Source of the DNA: a virus
DNA: 64,000 nt
Virus record (IMG/VR): IMGVR_UViG_3300025141_000034
Coordinates: 1-64,000 of that record
Direction: 5' to 3' (one strand)
Shown here one piece after another: positions 1-8,987 of this stretch. A model generated the notes under the pieces. It searched no databases and was not told the origin of the DNA. It was given only the letters and a program-made list of their open reading frames with translations. Both the position numbers and the translations under genes were made by a program. Positions within the stretch are counted from its first letter, which is position 1. Each line of letters opens with the position of its first letter.

Positions 1-1
1 T

Positions 2-265
2 ACTGTAGGATTTCACAAATCAGCTGCAGGATCTATGTACATTGGGACCACACCGATTGAGTCAATTACTAACTTTAGTGCAGCAGATGCTACTCCAGTT
101 GCATTTGATTTTACTGTAACAGGATCATCAGCACCTACAGCTAGATTCAATGCCGGCGACGTTGTTGGAATCTCAATAAATCCAACAAATTCACCAGATG
201 ACTGCAATGTAACAGTTATTTGGGAGCTCCATACACATAGAATTCTCAGTGGATCTTCTATCTAA
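2..265 (+). CDS. 3' end of a virion structural protein (5'-truncated by window edge); C-terminal beta domain paralogous to 47642..48253
   Basis: The frame is open from base 2 (TVGFHKSAAGS-MYIG...). It ends FNAGDVVGISINP...CNVTVIWE, matching TIAFHKGPDG...FSAGDTVAISIDP...VRMTCVWE in 47642..48253. Confidence 0.7.
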   Translation, partial: TVGFHKSAAGSMYIGTTPIESITNFSAADATPVAFDFTVTGSSAPTARFNAGDVVGISINPTNSPDDCNVTVIWELHTHRILSGSSI

Positions 266-285
266 GTTTTAATTTAAAATAAAAA

Positions 286-315
286 TTGTACATTTTAATA
301 AAATATCCCTATATT
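286..315 (+). promoter_or_regulatory. Possible sigma70-like promoter in AT-rich intergenic region upstream of the glycan locus
   Basis: TTGTAC (286-291), 18 nt spacer, TATATT (310-315); GGAG Shine-Dalgarno just before ATG 420. The region is very AT-rich, so a chance match is possible. Confidence 0.35.
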
Positions 316-419
316 AAAGAAATAGAGATCTAATTAATCAGCTTTCTCTAATATAGAGTATATTAATTAGATAAATTAAGTAGAATATCTAATAAAGATT
401 AAATTCTATTGGAGATTTA

Positions 420-2354
420 ATGATATCATTTAATAGTGATCTATTCTCATCTAAGCAAGAGATAGAAATACCCTCAGAGTGTGATATAGTATTTGTCTCA
501 GATATGTTTAGCTCAGACTACGTAGGTGGTGCTGAGATGACTACAGACTCACTTATTGATAGCTCTCCCTTTAGTGTCTTTAGGCTTCACTCCAAAGATG
601 TTGATATGGAAATCCTTGAAAGAGGAGTCTCAAAATATTGGATATTTGGTAATTTTTCCCAGCTTGATATGAATTTGATACCGAGTATTGTTTCTAATAT
701 GAAGTATTCCATTCTAGAGTATGATTACAAATACTGTAGATATAGATCTCCAGAAAAACACATGTTCTCAGAGAATACACCCTGTGACTGTCATAATCAA
801 ATTCATGGAAAGATTATTTCTGCCTTTTTTCACGGTGCAAAATCTCTCTGGTGGATGTCAGAAAAGCAAATGGAAAGATATCATACTATCTTTCCATTTC
901 TAGAGGAGAATACAAATACTGTCCTCTCATCAATTTTTGATGAGAATTTCTTTGTGTCTCTAAAGATGCTCAGAGAAAAGTATAAGGATCACGATAGAAA
1001 GGGATGGGTCACTCTGGGATCAACGTCTTGGGTAAAAGGAGCTCAGAAAGCAGAAGAGTGGTGCAAGAAGAATAAAAAAGACTATGATGTAGTTTGGAAT
1101 CTTCCATATGAAAAGCTTCTTGATAAGCTGGCAAGATCTAAGGGCTTTGTCTATCTTCCTGCTGGATCTGATACATGTCCAAGAATGGTTATTGAAGCAA
1201 AGCTTCTTGGGTGTGAGCTTAAGATAAATGAAAATGTTCAACATGCAAATGAGCTATGGTTTGACACAGATGATATGTTTGATACTGAGGCATATCTTTA
1301 TGCAGGTAGGGGTAAATTCTGGAATGGTATCAAGTACAGCATGGGATATAATCCAACGATAAGCGGATATACGACAACTAAGGATTGCATATCTCAAAAT
1401 TATCCATTTATTGAGTCTATTTCTTCATTGCTTACTTTTTGCGACCAAGTGGTTGTTGTCGATGGAGGGTCAACAGATGGAACATGGGAAGAGCTTCAAG
1501 CCCTAGCTGCTTCGAACCCCGATGGTAAAGTTATAATTCACAAACAAGAGAGAGACTGGAATAGTAAAAGATCTGCAGTATTTGACGGTCAGCAAAAAGC
1601 ACTTGCTAGATCACTATGCACATTAGATTTTTGTTGGCAGCAGGATGTAGATGAGATAGTGCATGAGGATGACATTCCAAAGATTAGAAGTATAGTAAAT
1701 CAACTTCCAAAGGGTGTGGAGCTAGTTGCCCTTCCTGTTATTGAATACTGGGGCGGTCCTGAAAAGGTAAGGATGGATATTAATCCGTGGAAGTGGAGAT
1801 TATCAAGAAATCTACCCCACATTACCCATGGAATTCCAGCAAGTCTTAGAAGATTTGATAAGAATGGTGAGATGTTTTCATCTCCCGGAAGCGATGGATG
1901 TGACTATGTTAGAAGTGATAATTTTTCCCCTATTCAGTTTGTCTCATTCTATACAAAGGATGCAGAAAATCTAAGAAGAGATGCAATGATAAATCCATCT
2001 TCATTAAAAAGATATCAAGCTTGGTTTAGCGAGGCACTTGGTAGACTTCCATGTGTTCATCACTACTCCTGGTTTAATATTGAGAGAAAGATAAGGACAT
2101 ATTCTGGATTTTGGTCAAGACATTGGCAAAGTCTATACAACATACATCAAGATGACATAGCAGAAAATAACATGTTTTTTGACAAACCGTGGTCTGAAGT
2201 TACAGATGAAGATATATCTTTACTTGCTTCATCGCTTAAAGAAAAAATGGGAGGGTGGATATTTCACACCAAGGTAGACTTTTCTAAACCTACACCCCAT
2301 ATATCTCTAGATACAGATCATCCAGAAATTATAAAAGATTGGATTAATAGATGA
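420..2354 (+). CDS. Bifunctional glycosyltransferase: N-terminal GT-B (GT4-like) + C-terminal GT-A (GT2-like)
   Basis: N-half: GGAE motif and FVYLP..SDTCPRMVIEAKLLGC. C-half: ESISSLL..CDQVVVVDGGSTDGT and QQDVDE (DxD). Confidence 0.85.
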   Translation: MISFNSDLFSSKQEIEIPSECDIVFVSDMFSSDYVGGAEMTTDSLIDSSPFSVFRLHSKDVDMEILERGVSKYWIFGNFSQLDMNLIPSIVSNMKYSILEYDYKYCRYRSPEKHMFSENTPCDCHNQIHGKIISAFFHGAKSLWWMSEKQMERYHTIFPFLEENTNTVLSSIFDENFFVSLKMLREKYKDHDRKGWVTLGSTSWVKGAQKAEEWCKKNKKDYDVVWNLPYEKLLDKLARSKGFVYLPAGSDTCPRMVIEAKLLGCELKINENVQHANELWFDTDDMFDTEAYLYAGRGKFWNGIKYSMGYNPTISGYTTTKDCISQNYPFIESISSLLTFCDQVVVVDGGSTDGTWEELQALAASNPDGKVIIHKQERDWNSKRSAVFDGQQKALARSLCTLDFCWQQDVDEIVHEDDIPKIRSIVNQLPKGVELVALPVIEYWGGPEKVRMDINPWKWRLSRNLPHITHGIPASLRRFDKNGEMFSSPGSDGCDYVRSDNFSPIQFVSFYTKDAENLRRDAMINPSSLKRYQAWFSEALGRLPCVHHYSWFNIERKIRTYSGFWSRHWQSLYNIHQDDIAENNMFFDKPWSEVTDEDISLLASSLKEKMGGWIFHTKVDFSKPTPHISLDTDHPEIIKDWINR

Positions 2355-3055
2355 AAGTTATCTTTATTTCACCTTGCTTTAATGCATCTCAAAATTTAAA
2401 AAATCTCTTAGGATCTGTTAGATCTCAAAGTGATGATAGGTGGTTTCACATACTTGTTGATGATCTATCTATTGATAACACCTCAGAAGTATTTAACACA
2501 GTTGCGGGAAGTGATGATAGGTTTTCTCTAATAAAGAATGATGAAAAAAAATATGCTTTAAAGAATATTATTGATGTTGCTAGAGAGTATCAAGATGAAG
2601 AGGATACAATTATTGCTGTTATCGATGGAGATGATCAGCTCTGTAATGATGATGCAGTCTCGCTACTAATAGAAGAATATGAAAATGGAAATGATGTAGT
2701 TTGGACAGGACACAAGTGGGATATTAATGGAATAAACATATCTCGAGCCATGCCTGGCCCTGTAGATCCCTATGGGTGGCCGTGGTGCACATCTCACTTA
2801 AGAACATTTAGATCAACACTTTTAAAAAATGTCTCTGATAATAATTTCAAAGATCCGTGGGGAAACTGGTTTCAGCGAGGATATGATCAAGCACTCATGC
2901 TACCACTTCTAAAGCTAACAAATAAGAGAAAGTATATTGATGAGATATGCTATCTCTATAACATAAAATCTGTCTCTGTCAATGATCGCGACTGGGCAGA
3001 AATGAAACAGCTTTCTACAATAAATCTTGTCAGAGCTCGGGGGTTTCTAGATTGA
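2351..3055 (+). CDS. Glycosyltransferase family 2 (GT-A)
   Basis: ISPCFNA, ILVDDLSIDNT, IDGDD motifs; ATGA overlap with upstream gene. Confidence 0.9.
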   Translation: MKVIFISPCFNASQNLKNLLGSVRSQSDDRWFHILVDDLSIDNTSEVFNTVAGSDDRFSLIKNDEKKYALKNIIDVAREYQDEEDTIIAVIDGDDQLCNDDAVSLLIEEYENGNDVVWTGHKWDINGINISRAMPGPVDPYGWPWCTSHLRTFRSTLLKNVSDNNFKDPWGNWFQRGYDQALMLPLLKLTNKRKYIDEICYLYNIKSVSVNDRDWAEMKQLSTINLVRARGFLD

Positions 3056-3960
3056 AAGTTTTTTTTGATAATGTTAATTTTAACTCTTCTAGTGGACCAA
3101 ATTCATTTGCAAAAAGACTTTCTGATGAGCTGATAAGAAGAAATTATCAAATTTCTAATGTAGCATCTAAGAGCTTTATTCCCGATGTTCAGCTTTCATT
3201 TATTATGTCTCAAAAGAAGATTGCTCCGCTAGTTCAAAGACTTGATGGAATATATTTTAACATAGAGCAAGATTATCAGGTTTTAAATAAGCCTCTTCTT
3301 GAAACATATGAAAATTCTGAATCAGCTGTATTTCAGACAGAGTTTAATAAAAAACTATCAGAGCATTATTTTGGAAATCACTTGAATTCTACAGTAATAA
3401 GAAATGGAACAGATTTAGACCTAATATCATCAATACAACCAGTTAAAAATAAAATTTTAGATAAGTTTGAAAAAGTATGGTGCTGCGCCTCTTCTTGGAG
3501 ACCGCACAAGAGACTATCTGAAAATGTTAGATATTTTCTTGAAGTAGCGCCGGATACACACTGTCTTGTTATTCTTGGATCTAATCCTGATTTTATTACT
3601 AAGCACCCCAGGGTCTTCTACGGAGGTGAGGTAGGATGGGGAGATCTTATTTCCATATACAAGAGGTCTGACTATTTTATACACCTTTCGTGGCTTGATC
3701 ACTGTCCAAACGTTGTCGTAGACGCCAGGGCATCCGGTTGTCAAATAATTTGTTCTTCAGCTGGAGGAACAAAAGAGATTGCTGGAAAAGATGCAACTGT
3801 CATAAAAGAAGATGATTGGGATTTTTCTCCTATCAAGCTTTATAAGCCTCCTGAAATGGACTTTTCTAAAACTGTTAAAAATGAATACGATATTGATATC
3901 TCTATTTCTAGGGCAGCTAAAGAATATATTGACGTGTTTAAGGGGGTCTTAAGAAGATGA
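3052..3960 (+). CDS. Glycosyltransferase family 4-like (GT-B)
   Basis: SGPNSF, VIRNG, SDYFIHLSWLDHCPNVVVDARASGCQII..GGTKE; TTG start overlapping the upstream TGA. Confidence 0.85.
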   Translation: MKVFFDNVNFNSSSGPNSFAKRLSDELIRRNYQISNVASKSFIPDVQLSFIMSQKKIAPLVQRLDGIYFNIEQDYQVLNKPLLETYENSESAVFQTEFNKKLSEHYFGNHLNSTVIRNGTDLDLISSIQPVKNKILDKFEKVWCCASSWRPHKRLSENVRYFLEVAPDTHCLVILGSNPDFITKHPRVFYGGEVGWGDLISIYKRSDYFIHLSWLDHCPNVVVDARASGCQIICSSAGGTKEIAGKDATVIKEDDWDFSPIKLYKPPEMDFSKTVKNEYDIDISISRAAKEYIDVFKGVLRR

Positions 3961-4871
3961 AGGTGTTTTGTGTTGCGCCTAGGGAAAACTGGATATGTGA
4001 TCGAATCGCCGAAGAATGGTATAAAAATTGTCCAGATATTTCTACTAAAAGTATCTTAGATGCAGATATCATATGGCTACTGGCATCGTGGTGCTGGAAT
4101 CAGATTCATCCTGACATACTAAATAAAAAGAAAGTTATCGCAACAATTCATCACATAGTTCCGGAAAAATTTACTAAACAAAAGCTATCAGACTTTCTAC
4201 TAAGAGATCAGATTGTTGACCTCTATCATGTTCCAAATAAGAAAACGTGTGAATTTATTCGTCAGCTAACTAAAAAGCCTATAACTATAGTGGGATACTG
4301 GTTTGATAAAGATAAGTGGCCCATTGAAGATAAAAAAGAATGTAGGGAAATTTTAGGGCTATCTCAAGATGACTTTATTGTAGGATCGTTTCAAAGAGAT
4401 ACAGAGGGCGGAGACCTAAAGACGCCAAAGCTAGAAAAGGGTCCAGATTTATTTTGTGACTATGTTGAAAGAATTAATCGTAAAAATTTACACGTCTTGC
4501 TAGGCGGATGGAGAAGGCAGTACGTTATATCTAGATTAAAAAAGTCAAAAATCTCTTTTACATATTTTGAGCTAGCAAACCTTCAAAAGCTAAGACAGAT
4601 GTATTGCACACTTGACCTATATGTTATATCATCTAGGTATGAGGGAGGTCCCCAGTCAGCTCTAGAGGCTTCAGGAATGAAGGTCCCGATAGTATCGACA
4701 GATGTCGGAATGGTTTCAGAAATTCTTCACTCTAGCACTATTTTTGATTCACTAGATGAGAACTTTTACCCTGGTGAAGATGTTGTCAAATTTAATTTTG
4801 AACAGGTCTTAAAGTTTGAAATAAAATCTCATATGGAAGACTATATTAAAATGTTTAAGTGTGTTATATGA
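3957..4871 (+). CDS. Glycosyltransferase family 4-like (GT-B)
   Basis: EKGPD and DLYVISSRYEGGPQSALEASGMKVPIVSTDVG (E-x7-E). Confidence 0.9.
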   Translation: MKVFCVAPRENWICDRIAEEWYKNCPDISTKSILDADIIWLLASWCWNQIHPDILNKKKVIATIHHIVPEKFTKQKLSDFLLRDQIVDLYHVPNKKTCEFIRQLTKKPITIVGYWFDKDKWPIEDKKECREILGLSQDDFIVGSFQRDTEGGDLKTPKLEKGPDLFCDYVERINRKNLHVLLGGWRRQYVISRLKKSKISFTYFELANLQKLRQMYCTLDLYVISSRYEGGPQSALEASGMKVPIVSTDVGMVSEILHSSTIFDSLDENFYPGEDVVKFNFEQVLKFEIKSHMEDYIKMFKCVI

Positions 4872-5830
4872 AAAAAAGAGCATTAATAACAGGTATAAAT
4901 GGAATGGACGGAAGCCACTTAGCTGACCTCCTACTTGAGAAAGATTATGAAGTCTTTGGTATTGAGAGAAGATCATCTACAAGAAGTAGAGTAAATACAT
5001 CTCACCTTATGGGAAAGATAGAGTTTTTAAACGGTGATCTCACAGATCAGAATTCACTATTTAGATGTCTAAAGCAAAGCGATCCGGATGAGGTCTACAA
5101 TCTAGCAGCACAGTCTTTTGTTGGAGAAAGCTGGAATACACCAGAATACACATCAGATGTTACCGGTCTCGGTGCTTTAAGAATGCTTGAATCAATTCGA
5201 GAGTTCGGGAGGACCACAAGATATTATCAAGCAAGCAGCTCAGAGATGTTTGGGAGAATGGTTGAAAATCCAGCAAGAGAGACTACACCTTTCTACCCTA
5301 GAAGTCCGTATGGTGTTTCAAAGCTTTATGCACACTGGATTACAAAGAACTATAGAGAGTCATACGGAATGTTTAATTGCTCTGGAATACTCTTCAATCA
5401 CGAGTCAGAAAGACGAGGTGTTGAATTTGTAACCAGAAAAATTTCTGACGGTGTCGCTAGAATTCACCTCGGACTATCTGATCATATTACATTGGGAAAT
5501 TTAGAGGCAAAAAGAGATTGGGGATATGCTCCAGACTATGTAGAGGCAATGTGGCTAATGCTACAACAAGATAGTCCCGATGACTATATTATTGCAACCG
5601 GTGTGTGTTATTCAATAAAAGATTTTCTAAATGAAGCTTTTTCTATAGTTGGAATAAGTGACTGGACTCCGTACATTAAGCAAGATCCTAGATTCATGAG
5701 ACCTGCAGAGGTTGATGTGCTTATTGGCGATAACACAAAGGCTAAGAATAATCTAGGATGGTCACCTAAAACTTCATTTAAAGATTTAGTTAAGATCATG
5801 GTGGATAATGACATCAATTCTCTTAAATAG
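4868..5830 (+). CDS. gmd: GDP-mannose 4,6-dehydratase
   Basis: ALITGINGMDGSHLA, YNLAAQSFV, QASSSEMFG, PRSPYGVSKLY, GILFNHESERRG, FVTRKI, LGNLEAKRDWG. Start placed at ATG 4868 (ATGA overlap). Confidence 0.97.
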   Translation: MKKRALITGINGMDGSHLADLLLEKDYEVFGIERRSSTRSRVNTSHLMGKIEFLNGDLTDQNSLFRCLKQSDPDEVYNLAAQSFVGESWNTPEYTSDVTGLGALRMLESIREFGRTTRYYQASSSEMFGRMVENPARETTPFYPRSPYGVSKLYAHWITKNYRESYGMFNCSGILFNHESERRGVEFVTRKISDGVARIHLGLSDHITLGNLEAKRDWGYAPDYVEAMWLMLQQDSPDDYIIATGVCYSIKDFLNEAFSIVGISDWTPYIKQDPRFMRPAEVDVLIGDNTKAKNNLGWSPKTSFKDLVKIMVDNDINSLK

Positions 5831-6701
5831 AAGGCCTGTAGAGGGTCCGTGGGGTGGTGGAAATCTTCTCGTAAGCGCCATTTGTAAAAACTTTACAGAG
5901 CAAGGCGTCAAAGTAGCTCACGACTTTAGTACTGATATCGATGTGATCTTTATGCAAGATCCCAGACCAGGAAATACTGGAATTTCAATAAAGGAAATTA
6001 TAGCCTATAAAGATCTTCATCCTAAAGTAAAAATAATACACAGGGTTAATGAGTGTGATGCTAGAAAGGGAACACAGAATATGGATTGTTTTCTAAGACA
6101 GTGTAGTAAATTCACAGATCATACTGTATTTGTATCTGACTGGATGAGAGATTATCATCTTTCGAGAGAGTGGCATTGTAATAGCACTAGTGTGATCTAC
6201 AATGGTGTAAATCTAGATCACTTTAAAAAGGGTCATAAGATTGACAATGGCAAGGTAAATATTGTAACTCATCACTGGTCAAGCAATAGAATGAAAGGTT
6301 TTGACGTGTATGAGGCAATTGATGAATTTATAAAAGATACTGATTTTACTTTTACGTACATCGGAAGAGAGCTTGGCACATTTAAAAATACCAAAATTAT
6401 TCCTCCTTTATTTGGAGAGAAATTGGGTAAAGAGCTTTCTAGATATGACCTATACATTAGCGGATCACTGTGGGATCCGGGTCCAAATCACATTTTAGAA
6501 AGTATAGCATGTCAGATACCCACATATGTCACAAGTGACGGAGGAGGGGCAGTTGAATTTGCAGGAGAGGATCATGTATTTGAGAACATGGATCAGCTAC
6601 TTAGAATTATCAGATCCAGGAGTTATGTCAATAATAGCCTATCGATTAATTCTTGGAGACAGTGTACCGATCAGTATTTAGATATTGTGAGATCACTGTG
6701 A
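5808..6701 (+). CDS. Glycosyltransferase family 4-like (GT-B)
   Basis: GPWGGGN, TVFVSDW, VIYNGV, MKGFD, DLYISGSLWDPGPNHILESIACQIP. Confidence 0.85.
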   Translation: MTSILLNRRPVEGPWGGGNLLVSAICKNFTEQGVKVAHDFSTDIDVIFMQDPRPGNTGISIKEIIAYKDLHPKVKIIHRVNECDARKGTQNMDCFLRQCSKFTDHTVFVSDWMRDYHLSREWHCNSTSVIYNGVNLDHFKKGHKIDNGKVNIVTHHWSSNRMKGFDVYEAIDEFIKDTDFTFTYIGRELGTFKNTKIIPPLFGEKLGKELSRYDLYISGSLWDPGPNHILESIACQIPTYVTSDGGGAVEFAGEDHVFENMDQLLRIIRSRSYVNNSLSINSWRQCTDQYLDIVRSL

Positions 6702-7183
6702 AATTTATATCACATAGGGGAAATATAGAGGGCTCTGATCCAAGAAGAGAAAATACCCCAGAGTATATTGACGAGGCCATTAGCAAGGGATTTGATGTCG
6801 AGACTGACATAAGACTGGAAAATGGGTATGTTCCTCCAGGAAGTTTCTATCTAGGGCATGATATTCCAGAATATGAAGTCAGCCTAGACTGGCTTATTGA
6901 GAGAAAAGATAGACTATGGCTTCATGCTAAAAATGTAGGTGCACTTAGGTGGTTTTTAAATTCAAATGTAAGCTGGAATATATTCTGGCATCAGGAAGAT
7001 GATTACACGATTACAAGTAAGGGATACATTTGGGTATACCCTGGGCGTCGTCCTTGCCACGGCTCCGTTATTGTAATGCCTGAGAGGACAGAATATTCAT
7101 GGAAATTTATTAAAAAATGTGGTGGCATCTGTAGCGATAATATAAAGAAGTATTATGAAGAATTTAAAGCTGGTAATTTTTGA
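6698..7183 (+). CDS. Small PI-PLC/glycerophosphodiester phosphodiesterase-like protein
   Basis: ISHRGN...EN.P.YI..A...GFDVETD...LGHD...WLHAKN...ICSD; GTG start at 6698 overlapping the upstream TGA. Confidence 0.75.
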   Translation: MKFISHRGNIEGSDPRRENTPEYIDEAISKGFDVETDIRLENGYVPPGSFYLGHDIPEYEVSLDWLIERKDRLWLHAKNVGALRWFLNSNVSWNIFWHQEDDYTITSKGYIWVYPGRRPCHGSVIVMPERTEYSWKFIKKCGGICSDNIKKYYEEFKAGNF

Positions 7184-7775
7184 TCTCGATGGTGTCCTAG
7201 TTGATGCATGTGAGTGGCACAGGCTTGCGCTAAATGAAGCACTATTGACTGTCTGTAATTATGAAATACCTGTTGATGAGCATGGATTGATATTTAATGG
7301 AATCCCAACAAGCGTTAAGCTTAAAAAGCTATCAGAAATGGGAAAGATACCAGAGACCTGTCATGAAAAAGTTTACTCTATTAAGCAAAAAAAGACCATA
7401 GAGATAATTGAGAAAAATTCAAAGATTAGATCTGAAAAAATTAACATGATAAGGGATCTCAAAGACAGGGGTCTAAAGGTCTGCTGCTTTACAAATAGTA
7501 TTAGAGAGACTGCTGAGCTAATGCTATCAACTTGTGGAGTTCTCAATATGCTAGACATGATTGTTACAAATCAGGATGTTAAAAATCCCAAGCCAGATCC
7601 AGAGGGCTATTTAAAAATCTTAAATCATTTCAATATCTCCTCAGATGATACCGTAATTGTAGAAGATTCTCCGAAAGGGATCGAATCAGCAATTAGATCT
7701 GGCTGTCTTGTAATTGGTGTGGCAGGTTGTGACGATGTTAATATTGATATATTTGACGAGATCTTAAATGAATAA
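7155..7775 (+). CDS. HAD-superfamily phosphatase (beta-PGM-like, C1 cap)
   Basis: IFDLDGVLVD (motif I), FTNS, KPDPEGY, IVEDSPKGI. Confidence 0.92.
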   Translation: MKNLKLVIFDLDGVLVDACEWHRLALNEALLTVCNYEIPVDEHGLIFNGIPTSVKLKKLSEMGKIPETCHEKVYSIKQKKTIEIIEKNSKIRSEKINMIRDLKDRGLKVCCFTNSIRETAELMLSTCGVLNMLDMIVTNQDVKNPKPDPEGYLKILNHFNISSDDTVIVEDSPKGIESAIRSGCLVIGVAGCDDVNIDIFDEILNE

Positions 7776-8118
7776 AATTCAAAAACCGTGGGGTCATGAA
7801 ATTATATGGGCTCAAACTAGCACATATGTCGGAAAAATTCTTCACATAAAGGCTGGTAATAGGCTATCAAAACAATATCATCAGATAAAAGAAGAAACCG
7901 TCTATGTTATAAGTGGAATACTTTACAATTATGATGACTGTGATAATATTCAAAAATTTTTACCAGGAGAGTCATTTCACATACAACCACATCAAGTTCA
8001 TAGATTTGGAGCAGGTGAAATATCTGTCACATTAGTTGAAGTAAGTACACCCCATCTCGAAGATGTTGTGAGAATAGATGACGACTACGGCAGAGTGAAT
8101 AGTGGGAAGAGTAAATGA
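7768..8118 (+). CDS. Cupin, mannose-6-phosphate isomerase type II C-terminal-like
   Basis: KPWG, LSKQYHQIKEET, HRF, VEVSTP..EDVVRIDDDYGR. Confidence 0.85.
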   Translation: MNKIQKPWGHEIIWAQTSTYVGKILHIKAGNRLSKQYHQIKEETVYVISGILYNYDDCDNIQKFLPGESFHIQPHQVHRFGAGEISVTLVEVSTPHLEDVVRIDDDYGRVNSGKSK

Positions 8119-8945
8119 AGAGATCGTGCACCCTTCTTCTACAGAGAAATCTACCAGAAGTAACTGAGAAATTTGCTGAAAATTTAATAAAGTACAATGG
8201 TGATGTAACTGACTTATATGTTGTAGAAAGTGGGTCTGATGATGACAAAATTACAGAAAATAAAACATTCCATGCTAGCTGGGAAGATGCAAGAATAAAT
8301 GGGTTAAGGACGGGACGAGGATTTAATTTTGGACTTAAGTCTCTTATTGAAGAAGGGCTGGACTATGAATTTATTATGATGGCTACAGGCGATACTCAGC
8401 TTCCTGATGAAAATGTTATTGAAATCCTAATAGAAGAAATGGATAGAATACCAAGGCTTGGAGTTATATCACCAATTTCGTGGAACTGGGGCGCAAGAAT
8501 TACTGGATTTATTAACAATAAAACAACTAAGGCAATATCCATACCAATTCCTCACATCTGCTGGATGTTTAGAAAGAGTGCAATTGACGATGTTATCATG
8601 GGAAAAGATCCGGCTGTGTATGAACAGTTTCTTTACGATGGAACAAATTTTAGATGCTATGGTGTAGACACAGAGTTGATGATGAAGATGTATATGAATG
8701 ATTGGATTTTTGCAATAACGTCTAAGACATCACAAAAAGAAGACTATAGCCTGACTGATAGAAATTATAAGAAAATGAAAACTGATTCTCATAATGACCA
8801 TAGAAGAATGATGTGGGAAGAGGGCTTAGCATGGTTTGATAAAAAGTATGGGTTTAAGGATAAACATGGATTATCCAGTCTATTGAGAAATGAATATAAT
8901 AATTTTTTTAATAGGCATCCTGAATTATCTGATTTGATTTATTAA
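8115..8945 (+). CDS. Divergent GT-A (GT2-like) glycosyltransferase
   Basis: LYVVESGSDD, GFNFGL, MATGD, LGVISP, YGVDTEL pattern typical of GT2-like folds. Confidence 0.65.
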   Translation: MKRSCTLLLQRNLPEVTEKFAENLIKYNGDVTDLYVVESGSDDDKITENKTFHASWEDARINGLRTGRGFNFGLKSLIEEGLDYEFIMMATGDTQLPDENVIEILIEEMDRIPRLGVISPISWNWGARITGFINNKTTKAISIPIPHICWMFRKSAIDDVIMGKDPAVYEQFLYDGTNFRCYGVDTELMMKMYMNDWIFAITSKTSQKEDYSLTDRNYKKMKTDSHNDHRRMMWEEGLAWFDKKYGFKDKHGLSSLLRNEYNNFFNRHPELSDLIY

Positions 8946-8987
8946 AGCAGATAATTGTGTAAAATTAAAATATTGGAGAGCTAATAA

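Noticed and set aside
266-419. Replication origin or ncRNA in the AT-rich gap with short inverted repeats (CTCTA-ata-TAGAG, TAGA-ata-TCTA)
   Set aside because: The repeats are short and expected in such AT-rich sequence; there are no iterons or stable structure, and a promoter region is a sufficient explanation.
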